A DNA stretch of 63,815 nucleotides, the filler included, from Thraustochytrium aureum (taxonomy: Eukaryota): NCBI GenBank assembly GCA_012862495.1. It is 6 parts of 5 records of this genome, joined end to end, with 100 filler letters (N's around TTAATTAATTAA, not from the genome) between each part and the next. Parts side by side here need not be neighbours in the genome. Positions count along the whole stretch, not along the records: positions 1 to 22,217 come from BLSG01000235.1; 5 more parts are not named here. The stretch is one strand, 5' to 3'. Both the position numbers and the translations under genes were made by a program. Of this stretch, positions 1-12,748 are shown piece after piece; positions within the stretch are counted from its first letter, which is position 1, and the number at the start of each line of letters is the position of its first letter. Under the pieces are notes generated by a model. The model was not told the origin of the DNA. It saw nothing but the letters and a program-made list of their open reading frames with translations, and made no database searches.

Positions 1-2019
1 GGATGTCTGTCGTGGTACCTACACAAAGAAGAAAGATAGTTATGTTTATTATTCTGGAAATTTCATGCTGACATGGAAATCCAAGTATGCTAAAATATGT
101 CAATTGAAATGGAAAAAATAAACATAAAGTGGATATGCGTAATTACATGGAAAATTGTAGTGAGAAAGTGTAAAAGTTTCATAAATTCCAGTCAAGTCCT
201 GTCCTCCGAAAGGTCACGGTGTCGTTCTCCCTTCGAAATTCGAAATGCGCAGTGTGCACTGCTCATGGGCGGCGGTGGCGTCACGGTGCCAGTCGTGACG
301 TCGTGCAGCCAACCAAATGGGGGTCGTCGACCAAGAACCGCGCGTCTCCTCACGCGGGGTCAAACGCTGCAGTCCGTCCCTGGCTCCACGGCGTCACCAC
401 CGCCGCCGTCGGCCATTCACGGGCGAAGAGCGCGCAGGACCTGCTATGTTGAGGATCATCCGATGGCCGAGCAGCGGGTGCAAACCGCCTGCGTGTGAAG
501 GATGAGTGGATGTGCGCTGCTCCACCCGCTGACAGTCAGTCAGTCCCACATGAGAAGGCAGGCAGGAAGAAGGCCTTGGCCTCGAAGCAGGGCAGATCGC
601 GCACTGTCGTCCTCCAATCGAGCCAATTGCATGACTGGCGGTACTCACTCCTTCCTCCCTTCGAGCCAGCCCCTCCTGGTCCTGCAGATGAAGAGTATGA
701 TGACGAGCGAGGAGGGCGGCGGCGGCGATCATGGCCAGACACTGAAGGAGCAGACAGAAAGACACAACACACAGGCCGGGCAGACGCTGGCAGCCCTGAG
801 GCAGGCAGACCCGGACACAGACACAGACAGCGCACAATCTTGCTCGTAATTGCTCGTCACTGCTCGCATGGATTCCGCCTTGCGGCGCATGAGAGGGGAA
901 AGAACCGGCGCTCGACAGACGCGGAAACGCCAGCCCGCGCTCTGCGACAAGGCGAATCCGATCCGGCTCGAGTCGGCGAGACTTGACCGCGCTGGCTCAC
1001 ATCGCCCAACGCCGATAAACGCACTGTGGGGAAAGGAGCCCGGAGCGGTGATACGCTCTCTTGACCCGCTGACGGCAAGCGGCCCGCGTTGCTCCTCACG
1101 CGGGTGGTGACGCGACGCCGCCAGGGAGCGACGCTGTGTGCAGTGCGCCCGCCGCCTCCTCTCAGCCCGGGCGCGAGGAGCGAGGAGAGGGTGGCCTGAG
1201 CCCGCCCGCCCTCCGAGCATCCAGTCATACCGCACCAAGCCGAGCGCGAGAGGGCCTGCGCGAGCGTGAGCCGGTCGGGTCTCCCCTCCTCCCTCCACCT
1301 CCCCCCGCCCGACGCAAGCAAGGCGCGCTCACTCACGCTGCCGCCACTCCCACTCACGCACGGCGCGCGGTCACCAAACGAACGAGAGCCTCAGGCAACA
1401 ACCAACCACGCTGCACGCCGCCGGCCTCCGCCGCGAGAGGCGCGCTGGAGGGGGCGATTCCTGCCCCGCCGAGGCTTTGCATTCTTGCCGTTTTGGACAA
1501 AAACCTGCCTGCCATCCTGCCATCCGCCCNNNNNNNNNNNNNNNNNNNNNNNNNNNNNNNNNNNNNNNNNNNNNNNNNNNNNNNNNNNNNNNNNNNNNNN
1601 NNNNNNNNNNNNNNNNNNNNNNNNNNNNNNNNNNNNNNNNNNNNNNNNNNNNNNNNNNNNNNNNNNNNNNNNNNNNNNNNNNNNNNNNNNNNNNNNNNNN
1701 NNNNNNNNNNNNNNNNNNNNNNNNNNNNNNNNNNNNNNNNNNNNNNNNNNNNNNNNNNNNNNNNNNNNNNNNNNNNNNNNNNNNNNNNNNNNNNNNNNNN
1801 NNNNNNNNNNNNNNNNNNNNNNNNNNNNNNNNNNNNNNNNNNNNNNNNNNNNNNNNNNNNNNNNNNNNNNNNNNNNNNNNNNNNNNNNNNNNNNNNNNNN
1901 NNNNNNNNNNNNNNNNNNNNNNNNNNNNNNNNNNNNNNNNNNNNNNNNNNNNNNNNNNNNNNNNNNNNNNNNNNNNNNNNNNNNNNNNNNNNNNNNNNNN
2001 NNNNNNNNNNNNNNNNNNN

Positions 2020-5000
2020 CGGGTTCTCGATGATGCCGCCTGATGCCGGCATGTACTCGCAGAGCCTCGAGAAGGACGCCTGTGGTGTGGGGTTCATCGC
2101 CAACTTCAAGTCCAAGCAGTCGTCGAGCCTGGTCCAGGACGCCCTGGTCATGCTGACGCACATGGACCACCGCGGCGGGTGCGGGTGCGAACAGAACAGC
2201 GGGGACGGGGCCGGCATCATGATCGGCATGCCCCACGCCTACTTCCGACGCGTGGCACGCGAGAGCCTCGGAGGCCACGAGCTGCCCGAGGACGGCAAGT
2301 GGGCCGTGGGCAACATCTTCCTCCCCCACGACGAACACAAGCGCCTCCACTGGAAGAGCGTGGTCGAGCGGCACCTGGCGGACCGCGGGATCAGGTTCGT
2401 CGGCTGGCGCAAGGCCCCCACGGACAACAGCACGATCGGGCGCAGCGCGCTCAAGACCGAGCCGTTTGTTGAGCAAGTCTTCGCCGAGAACGTGGCCGGC
2501 TGGGACCCGAAAAAGTTCGACCTGATGCTCTTCGTCGTCTGCCAGAGCGTCCGGCGCGAGGCCATGGCGGCCGGCGAGAACGACCTGGTGTACATTTGCT
2601 CGCTGTCGTCGCAGACGATGGTGTTCAAGGGCCAGCTGACTTCGTCGCAGGTGCGCGAGTACTATTGCGACCTGCAGAGCGAGGACCTGCACAGCCACTT
2701 TGCGCTCGTGCACTCCCGGTTCAGCACCAACACGTTCCCCTCCTGGGACCGCGCGCACCCCAACCGCGTGCTCTGCCACAACGGCGAGATCAACACGCTG
2801 CGCGGCAACAAGAACCAGATGTCGGCGCGCGAGGGCCAGATGCTCTCCCCGCTGCTGCCCAACCCCGAGGACAGCAAGCTTCTCATGCCCGTCTGCAGCG
2901 ACGACTACTCTGACAGTGGCAACTTTGATGCCGTGCTCGAGCTCCTGGCCAAGGCCTCGCCCCGCAGCCTTCCTGAGAGTGTCATGATGATGCTGCCCGA
3001 GGCTTGGCAGAACGACCCCAACCTGAGCGAGGAGAAGCGCGCATTCTACGAGTTCAACAGCTGCCTCATGGAGCCGTGGGACGGCCCCGCCATGATTGCC
3101 TTTGCCGACGGCCGCTTCCTGGGCTGCGTGCTCGACCGCAACGGGCTGCGCCCGCACAGGTACTACGTTACCGAGGACACGGTCATCGCCGCCAGCGAGG
3201 TGGGCGTGATCCCCCACATCCCGGAGGCCAACGTTGTCAGCAAGGGCCGCCTCGAGCCCGGCAAGATGTTCCTGGTCGACTTTGAGCGCCAGGGCATCGT
3301 CGGCGACTACGAGCTAAAGCACCAGATCGCCACCGCGCGCCCCTACCGCGAGTGGGTCAAGCAGCATATGCTGCGCCTCACCGAGCTCTCGCGCCAGTAC
3401 CCCCGCCGCGCCTTCGCGCCGCGCCACGACATCCAGCTCGAGGAGGAGGACAGCGAGTCCCCCGAGAGCCAGCTCAACAACATGCTCAACATGTTTGGCT
3501 ACACGGTCGAGACGCTGGACATGCTGCTCCCGCCCATGGTGGACACCAAAAAGGAGGCGCTCGGCTCGATGGGCGTGGACACGCCGCTGGCCTGCCTCAG
3601 CTCCAAGACGCGCTCCATCTTCGAGTACTTCAAGCAGCTTTTCGCGCAGGTCACCAACCCGCCCATGGACAGCATCCGCGAGGAGGTCGTGATGGCCATG
3701 TCGGCCCCCGTCGGGCCCATGACCAACATCCTTGACGTGAGCCCCGTGCAAGCGGGCCGCCTCATCGTGGACGACCCCATCCTGCGCCCGCGCGAGGCCG
3801 AGTGCGTGCTGCGCCTGCGCACCAACGGCTGGAAGACCGTCGCGCTCAACACGACTTACTCGCGCGGCCAGGCCCCCGGCACGCTCAGCGTCGCGCTTGA
3901 CCGGCTCTGCGAGCAGGCCAGCATCGAGATCCGCGAGCGCGGGGCCACCTGCCTCTTCCTGACGGACCGCGCGGCCGGGCCCGACGACATCCCGATTCCC
4001 TCGCTCATTGCCCCGGCGCGGTGCACCAGCACCTGCTGAGCACCAAGGACCGCACGCGCGTCGCGCTCATTGTCGAGGCCGGGGACGCCCGCGAGGTGCA
4101 CCACTTTTGCTGCCTTCTCGGCTTTGGCGCGGACGCCATCTACCCGTACATGGCCTACGAGGCCATCTCCCACCTTTACCGCATGGGCAAGATCACCAAG
4201 GCCGCCACCATCGACGACTGCGTTGACCGGTACGTCATCGCCTGCGGCAAGGGCATCCGCAAGGTGATGGGCAAGATCGGCATCAGCACGGTGCAAAGCT
4301 ACAAGGGGGCCCAAATCTTCGAGGCCGTCGGCGTCGGGCCCGAGCTCATGGAGCGCTGCTTTCGCGGCACTGCCTCGCGCATCGGCGGCATCACGATCAG
4401 CACCATCGAGCGCGACATGGCCCGCCAGCACGAGCTCGCCTGGCCGCGCGCCGCTCCGGACGCCCTCCCCGGGCCCACGCTGCTCAGCGACCCCGGCGAG
4501 TTCAACTACCGCGAGGGCGGCGAAGAGCACTACAACGACCCCAAGACCATCGTGGGCATCCAAGAGGCGGGCCGCACCGGCGACCGCGAGAGCTACAACG
4601 CCTTCGCGGCGCACGCGAACCAGCAGTCCGCCAAGTGCACCATCCGGGGCCTCCTGCGCTTCCGCGAGGCGCCCAAGGCGCTCCCGCTCGACCAAGTGGA
4701 GCCCACCTCGGAGATCGTCAAGCGCTTCGTGACGGGCGCCATGAGCTTTGGCTCCATCTCGAAAGAGGCGCACGAGACCCTCGCGATTGCCATGAACAGC
4801 CTCGGCGGCCGCTCCAACACCGGCGAGGGTGGCGAGGACCCCGAGCGCTTTAGCTGGCGCGGCCCCAACGGCGAGTCCAAGCGCAGCGCAATCAAGCAGG
4901 TTGCCTCGGGCCGCTTTGGCGTCACCAGCGAGTACCTCGCCAACAGCGACCAGATCCAGATCAAGATGGCCCAAGGCGCCAAGCCCGGCGAGGGCGGCGA

Positions 5001-5567
5001 GCTCCCCGGCNNNNNNNNNNNNNNNNNNNNNNNNNNNNNNNNNNNNNNNNNNNNNNNNNNNNNNNNNNNNNNNNNNNNNNNNNNNNNNNNNNNNNNNNNN
5101 NNNNNNNACAAGGTCGCCGGTGCCATCGCGCAGATCCGCAACTCCACCGAAGGCGTCGGCCTCATCTCGCCCCCGCCCCACCACGACATTTACTCGATCG
5201 AGGACCTGGCCCAGCTCATCCACGACTTGAAGAACGCCAACCCGCGCGGCAGCGTCTCCGTCAAGCTCGTCTCTGAGGTTGGTGTTGGCGTCATCGCCGC
5301 CGGCGTTGCCAAGGCCAAGGCCGACCACATTGTCGTCTCGGGCGCCGACGGAGGCACAGGCGCCGCTGCCTGGACCGGCATCAAGAACGCTGGCCTCCCG
5401 TGGGAGCTCGGCCTCGCGGAGACCCAGCAGACGCTCGTGCTCAACAACCTGCGCTCGCGCGTCGTGCTGCAGACGGACGGCCAGCTCAAGACGGGCCGCG
5501 ACGTCGCCATCGCGTTTCTGCTCGGCGCCGAGGAGGTCGCCTTCGCCACCGCGCCGCTCATCGCCAT

Positions 5568-5606
<39 letters not shown>

Positions 5607-8349
5607 CCCTGTGGGCATCGCCACCCAGGACCCGGAGCTCCGTAAAAAGTTCTTTGGCAAGCCCGAGTACGTCGTCAACTACCTGTGGCTCGTCGCCGAG
5701 GAGGTCCGCTCCTACATGGCCTCGATGGGCTTCCGAACCGTCGAGGAGATGGTCGGCCGCTGCGACATGCTCGAGCCGTGCCCCGACGCGGTCAAGCGCA
5801 ACGACAAGCTCGGCCTGCTCGACCTCTCCAAGATCCTGCTCCCCGCGGCGCAGATCGCGCGCCAGAGCCCCCTCTCGCTCATCCTCCCCGAGGAGCCCGT
5901 GCTTCTCACCAACAACATGCAGCAGGACCACGGCCTCGAAAACGCGCTCGACGTCAAGCTCATCCAACTCGCGCGCCCCGCGCTCGACAGCATGCGCCCG
6001 GTCGTCATCGAGGACAAGGTTTTCAACATCAACCGCACCGTGGGCACCATGCTCTCCTGCGAGGTCTCGCGCCGCTACGGGTCCAAGGGGCTCCCGGACA
6101 ACACCGTGCGCATCAAGCTCACCGGTTCGGCGGGCCAGTCCCTGGGCGCCTTCCTTGCGCCTGGCATCACCATCGAGGTCGTCGGCGACACGAACGACTT
6201 TTTGGCCAAGGGCCTCTCCGGCGGCACGGTCATCGTCTACCCCAGCCCCGACTTTTCAGGCAAGCCCAGCGAGAACAGCGTGACCGGCAACGTCTGCTTC
6301 TTCGGCGCGACCAGCGGACGCGGCTTCGTGCGCGGCATTGCTGGCGAGCGCTTCTGCGTGCGCAACTCTGGCGCCGTCGTTGTCGTGGAGGGCATCGGCC
6401 AGCACGGCCTCGAGTACATGACGGGCGGCCGCGTCACCGTCCTCGGCCCCGTCGGTCGCAACTTTGGCGCGGGCATGAGCGGTGGCATTTCGTTTGTGTA
6501 CGACACGGATGCCAGCCTGCCCTCCAAGGCAAACATGGAGCTTATCGCGTTGGAGCAGCTCACGCCCGCAGACGTCGCCACGCTCAAGGATGACATCCAG
6601 AGCCACCTTGCGCTCACCGGCTCGGACGTGGCCAAGCACATTCTCGACAACTGGGCCACTGAGCTCCGCCACTTTGTCAAGGTCTACCCGAAGGACCTGC
6701 GCAAGATCGTCGAGTCGCGCTCCTTGGACCCGGCCTTCCGCCTCCCGCCCTGGTTCCCGCAGGCCCTGGGCGATGCCGATTCCGGCGTTTACGTAGAGTC
6801 TGCCTCTTTCGACGACTCCTCGGACGACGGGGCGTCGGGCTCGTCCGTCTCCTCGACGACGGCCTCCACTTCGGGCAGCAGCGCCACCGGGCTCGAGGCC
6901 GTCAACGTCTCTGCCGAGGAGTCCAAGTCTAGCGGCTCGCTCGACGACCTCGAGGACTTTGGCAAGAGCGAGGGCTGCGCTTCGAGCGCCAAGGCCATCG
7001 CGCGCGCCGTCGTGTCCAAGAACGACACCGTCGCCGTGCGCCCCAACGTGGCTTCAGTCGAGCCGGTCGTGGTCACCCGCCGCGACGGCACCCGCGGCCC
7101 TATCAACAACCTCCGCGGCTTTATCGAGTACGAGCGCAAGCCTGATGGCTACCGCCCCCCGGCAGAGCGCCTGCACGACTGGCGCGAGGTCAACAAGCCG
7201 GTGGCCGAGATCGACCCCATCGATCGCAAGACGCAGGCGGCGCGCTGCATGACCTGCGGGACGCCCACGTGCTCGATTGCATCGCACACTGGGTGCCCCG
7301 TCGCCAACCCGATCCCCGCCTTCAACGAGCTCGTGTACCGCGACCAGTGGCGCGAGGCGCTCGACCGCCTTCTCGTCACCAACCCGTTCCCCGAATTCAC
7401 GGGCCGTGTTTGCCCCGCGCCCTGCATGTCTGCCTGCTGCGCCGGCCTCGTCGACGAACCGGTCACCATCAAGTCGATCGAGTACGCCATCATCGACCGC
7501 GGGTTCCAAGAGGGCTGGGTGGTCCCCAAGCCCCCGGCTCTGCGCACGGGCCGGTCGGTCGCCATCGTTGGCAGTGGGCCGGCCGGCCTTGCCGCCGCGG
7601 ACCGCATCAATCGCGCGGGCCACTCGGTCACCGTGTTTGAGCGCGAGGACCGCGTCGGCGGCCTGCTCGTGTATGGCATCCCCAACATGAAGCTCGACAA
7701 GAGCACGGTGCAGCGCCGCGTGGACCTCCTTGCTGCGGAAGGCATCAAGTTCGTCACTGGCGCCGACGTTGGCACGGACCCGGCCTTCAACCTCAAGGAC
7801 ATGCGCGCTCGCTTCGACGCCCTCATCATGTGCGTCGGTGCCACGCGCCCGCGCGACATGCCGGTCAAGGGCCGCGAGTTCAAGGGCATCCACTTTGCCA
7901 TGGAGTTCCTCACCAAGAACACCAAGGCGCTGCTGACGGACTCGCACGGCCGCCTGAAGCGGCCCGACGGGTCCTACATCTCTGCCCGCGGCAAGAACGT
8001 GGTCGTCATTGGCGGCGGCGACACCGGAGCAGACTGCATCGGCACCTCGCTGCGCCACGGGTGCAAGTCTGTCACCAACTTTGAGCTCCTCGACAAGCCG
8101 CCGCCCTCGCGCTCCGAGACCACGCCCTGGCCGCAGTGGCCGTACATGCTGCGCACCGACTATGCCCACGAAGAGGCCATTGCTCGCTTCGGTGGCGACC
8201 CGCGCACCTACTGCGTTCTAACCAAGGAGTTCCTCGGCGACGCCAACGGCAACGTCTGCGGCATTCGCACCGTGCTCGTGCGCTGGGAGAAGCAGCCGGG
8301 CAACCCCCGCCCCGTCATGCACGAGCTGCCGGGCACCGAAAAGATCATC
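2020..8349 (+). CDS. GLT1: Glutamate synthase (NADH-GOGAT), fused large+small subunit; partial at both ends (flanked by gaps), 1-bp frameshift near 4011-4014
   Basis: Ntn amidotransferase start [40 protein letters not shown] and [11 protein letters not shown] domain [48 protein letters not shown]; 3Fe-4S motif [24 protein letters not shown] domain followed by beta-subunit motifs [34 protein letters not shown] and [11 protein letters not shown]. The two ORFs join at SLIA(x)GAVHQHL if one base is added in the CCCC run. Confidence 0.97.
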
Positions 8350-9071
8350 NNNNNNNNNNNNNNNNNNNNNNNNNNNNNNNNNNNNNNNNNNNNNNNNNNN
8401 NNNNNNNNNNNNNNNNNNNNNNNNNNNNNNNNNNNNNNNNNNNNNNNNNNNNNNNNNNNNNNNNNNNNNNNNNNNNNNNNNNNNNNNNNNNNNNNNNNNN
8501 NNNNNNNNNNNNNNNNNNNNNNNNNNNNNNNNNNNNNNNNNNNNNNNNNNNNNNNNNNNNNNNNNNNNNNNNNNNNNNNNNNNNNNNNNNNNNNNNNNNN
8601 NNNNNNNNNNNNNNNNNNNNNNNNNNNNNNNNNNNNNNNNNNNNNNNNNNNNNNNNNNNNNNNNNNNNNNNNNNNNNNNNNNNNNNNNNNNNNNNNNNNN
8701 NNNNNNNNNNNNNNNNNNNNNNNNNNNNNNNNNNNNNNNNNNNNNNNNNNNNNNNNNNNNNNNNNNNNNNNNNNNNNNNNNNNNNNNNNNNNNNNNNNNN
8801 NNNNNNNNNNNNNNNNNNNNNNNNNNNNNNNNNNNNNNNNNNNNNNNNNNNNNNNNNNNNNNNNNNNNNNNNNNNNNNNNNNNNNNNNNNNNNNNNNNNN
8901 NNNNNNNNNNNNNNNNNNNNNNNNNNNNNNNNNNNNNNNNNNNNNNNNNNNNNNNNNNNNNNNNNNNNNNNNNNNNNNNNNNNNNNNNNNNNNNNNNNNN
9001 NNNNNNNNNNNNNNNNNNNNNNNNNNNNNNNNNNNNNNNNNNNNNNNNNNNNNNNNNNNNNNNNNNNNNNN

Positions 9072-11562
9072 NCGAGGAAGGCAAAGGTTGCCCCCCCGCC
9101 GATGGCGAGCCTCTCCAGCACTGGGCTCTGAACTGGTGGCGAGGTCGGCCGAAAGCTCGGGTCAGACGGCCTGTCCGGTTGCTTTTCTGGCGGCACGGTC
9201 GAAACGGCTGCGCCAGACCACAAGAGCACCGAGTCGCTCGAGCTGTTGGCGGCAAGACGCACTTCTACGCCGGGCCCAGCGTCCTCGCCCTGCAGCTGGC
9301 GGAGCGTCGCACGTGCTCTGGGATGACAACCACTTCTAGCCAGCACGCTGTGCCAAAGCAAGCGTACATCTCAAAGGCACCCACGAGGTCCGTGACCAGC
9401 GACGCAGTGTAGGTGCCGTCCCCGTTGTCCACGATGGGTGCCTCAACGAGCAGCGCCCTCGACGTGGCGTTGAACGCTTCGCCCTCGGGATCGGCGTCGG
9501 GCTCGGGCTCCTCTGTCGGGTCGAGGCCCTCGTCGTCCTCGGTCTTGTTCACCACCACGTAGAGCGCTTTCATAAAGTGCGGGAACCCCCAAACTCAATC
9601 TGGTTCCCGCACGCGTCGAACGTGCGAACCGCAAAGCCGCCGGCGCTCGACCCATCTGCGACCAAGTCCGCTGGGGCTTGGCCAGGAAACGCCATTTGCG
9701 TCTTCGACGGGTCGAGAGAAACGGACTGCACTTTCCACGAGGTGATGTTGACCCACCCAGGGTCGCTCCCCGTCCCCGCAGTGAAGCCCAGAAAGGCGTT
9801 GCTGCCTCCGCCGAGCGCTTCCGTGACGTTAAACCCAGACTGCCGCAGGTACAGGCTGTCGTCGACGTACACCTCGAGCCAGTCGGGGCGGGCTAGGTAC
9901 TGGATCACGACGCGGTGGCCCTCCTCGCGCGCGAGGAGCCCGAGTTCGTCGTGCACGTGGCGCGTCGACTGTCCGGCGCTGTTGTACCCGTTTGGGTCCT
10001 CCGCGTTGAAATGCACGCGAACCTCCTCGCGCCCGTGGCACGTGCTGTTTTCTTGGCTCCGGTCGGCGCAAAAGTCAAACACAACTGCCACGCTGTTACT
10101 CAGGTACCGCAGGCCCATGTGCGCTCCGGGGGAAGTGGGCATGTTGGAGAGCCTTTGTGGGCGCTGGTGCATTACAAACGCAAACCCTTCCGTCGCTCCG
10201 GCACTCGAGGCCTTGAACGTGAAGTCGATGATAAACCCAGATCCCACGTTGTGCTCGAGCTCGTCGAAGACAAAAGAGCTCCCGAGTGGGTTGCCTGGCC
10301 AAGCCAGGACGAGAGTGCCCGCGCCAGCATCTTCCCAGGCGCCTCCCCCCAAGCTTGAGGGAGAGCGGAGGCCGCGGCCCGGCGAAGGCGGCTACCTCGA
10401 CATGTGCTGTTTCGTTACCGCCTTCACGCTCGCCCTCCTCGGCGGGCTCCTCCTGGCGGGGGTACTCTAGGGCAATCGAGCCGGACGCCACCACGTTGCA
10501 CGACTCAACGAGCGTCGTCGTCAGTTTGAAGTTTGATTCCTCCGTGTGCCGCTCCGCGTGGAAGAGGTCGAACGTGAAGACGCCCCCAACATACAGCCCT
10601 GCTTCCTCCTCGATATCCTTGAGGTTGATGGCTTTGGTTGCTTTGCTGTGTACCCCGCCGAGGTCGACGACCAGCTTGCTGTTAATGAACACCCAGACGT
10701 CGTCGTCGCCCGAAAACCTAAACGTTTCGTCGCCGCGGTACTCGAAGTAGGAGTGGATCTCTGTCGTGAACCAAAACTTGTGCGAGCGTTCTAGCCTCAC
10801 GCGGGGCCACACTGGCGCTGTTGTGAAGCTTGGGAAGGCCTCTGCTGTCACCCACGCCCCGAACGGGTCGAGCGGCCCGAAAAAGTTGTCGCTTGGGCTT
10901 CCCGGGTCGTTCTCGTTGTCGTACTTGCTGTCGAAGCGGTATTCGCACACCTTGTTTCCATCCTCGGCGACTTTGCACTCGCTCGTCTCGACGAGCTTGA
11001 TCGCCAGCCCAATACGCTTGTTGTAGAACGGGTCGTCATTGTACCAGGACTCAAAGTACTTTGCCCCTGCCGTGGCGTACACGAGGTTTTGGCCGTTTTG
11101 CACGGCCCCGCATCGTGTGGTTTCGCTGCAGTACTGTGGCTTTGGCACGCCAGAGCGCCCGGTCACTGTTGTTGCGTTGACGGTGTTTGCGCTCACGCCA
11201 AAAAGGATCCCGAGCCCAGCCCCCTTGGCGTTCCCGTCGGTTTCAAAGTCGGGGTGGCCGCCCACTTTGCCGGTGCTTATCCCAGAGTCGAAGTACGCGC
11301 ACGTGTTGCGCCGCGCCTCGTCGGCTGCATCCAGCCGCTTGTACTTTTCCGGTATGCCCCGTTCTGCATACTCGAAAATGTCATAGTACTCTTGCGGCTC
11401 TTTCATGCAGTACGCAGGCAGGAAGCTCCGCACCGTCGCCTTGTACGTCAGCGCCTCCGCCGCACTAGCCAGGCCCAGCGCCGCTGCAAGGGCGACAGCA
11501 GCGAACGTGCTCCATGTTGTTCTGCGCCGCCTGCACTCGCTGCCGCCTTCGGCGCCCGCCAT
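9072..11562 (-). CDS. Secreted/membrane mosaic protein: signal peptide, fibro-slime (PA14-like) domain, legume-lectin-like domain, filamin-type Ig repeat, Pro-rich stalk, probable TM; 3' end in gap, about 3 frameshifts
   Basis: Hydrophobic leader FAAVALAAALGLASAAEA. Fibro-slime motifs HPDFE, WFTTEIHSYFEYRGDETFRFSGDDDVWVFIN, DLGGVH and FDLFHAERHTEESNF. Lectin-like FTF..EGFAFV..NSVAVVFD..AFLGFTAGTG..ITSW. Filamin-like FAVRTFDACGN and DNGDGTYTAS. Frame changes at the C6 run 10345-10350, the C5 run 9586-9590 and near 9300. Confidence 0.82.
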
Positions 11563-12748
11563 CTAGATCCGCGCCGGACTTGGGCCTCTCGCTCCGCCGC
11601 CGCAGCCGGTCTCGATGGTGCTGGCCTGGCTGGCCTGCGCTGCTCTGCCGTCGGTGCGGACGACTGCAGATCGGATCGGGGTCTGTTTCGGCGGCAAATG
11701 CACAGAAGTATACGGTCTCGCAGCAAGCAAGAGGACAAGAGGAGAGCGCGAGATAGAGTAGAGTGAGTACATACGTANNNNNNNNNNNNNNNNNNNNNNN
11801 NNNNNNNNNNNNNNNNNNNNNNNNNNNNNNNNNNNNNNNNNNNNNNNNNNNNNNNNNNNNNNNNNNNNNNNNNNNNNNNNNNNNNNNNNNNNNNNNNNNN
11901 NNNNNNNNNNNNNNNNNNNNNNNNNNNNNNNNNTGTTGGTAGTGCGAGCTGTTCCGATCAGTGCAATTCCGCGAGCTCTCACGGAGATAGAAACGCTGCA
12001 AGGCTCGGAGCGCCACGTCGCGGACGGACCCATGGCAGACCCACATCCCAGCACACTTGCCGAGAGACTGCGCGCAGCGCCGCCACCGCCTTCGTAGAGT
12101 AGGCACGACCTGCATTGAACCACGTTTTGAGCGACCACACGACACGCCGATGTGCCACGCCACGGCGGAGCGCTATGGACGTGAGAGTTACTAGTAGTTC
12201 ATTCTCACCCCAGTCGAGGTAACCCGGAGAGGAAAGCGTCCATCAAGAGCGCGGAGGCTTGAGCATCCATCAAAGAGCGGCCAGTGTCCATCAAAGAGAG
12301 GCGGTGGACTGGCGAGCACAAGCCGGCCACCCCGCGTGGAGAGGTGGAGACACCGCATCCGCCAGTTCAGCCTTCACCACCTCCGCGAGAAGTGCCCTGC
12401 TTGGCAGTGGTTCGGCCGGCGCGGAGTCGAGAGTCACAATCTTCTCGCGTGAGTAGGTAACGAGTCTCCTTCCTGCATCCAAAATCCTTGGGATTCAGCA
12501 GCGGCGCGTGCCCCCTGCTCTGCGGTGTTTCGCTCAGCGATGTGTGTCGCACCGGACATGTTTGGTCGGACTTGGTGCCCAATGCGGCGTTGGCGCAGGA
12601 CGCTGGGCACTCTGCGCAAGGACTTTTAACTTCGCGCCACGCCCGGCTTTTCCTTCGAAGAGCCCGAGTTGGCTGCTGAGCAGTCCGGCTTGGCGACTTC
12701 TGGCCAACTCCCTCGGGCGAGGGCGGCCAAGAGGTCGCAAATACCACC

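Noticed and set aside
97..1529. Multiple short ORFs and the N-terminal extension of ORF 1136..4039
   Set aside because: They encode Arg/Ala/Pro-rich translations typical of GC-rich non-coding DNA with no recognisable domain. This is probably the promoter/5' region of the glutamate synthase gene.
1391..8169. Long antisense ORFs over the glutamate synthase gene (608, 703 and 371 aa)
   Set aside because: These are shadow ORFs caused by extreme GC3 codon bias on the sense strand.
9072..9339. Apparent C-terminus of glutamate synthase after the gap
   Set aside because: It shows no GOGAT similarity. This DNA encodes the fibro-slime protein tail on the minus strand.
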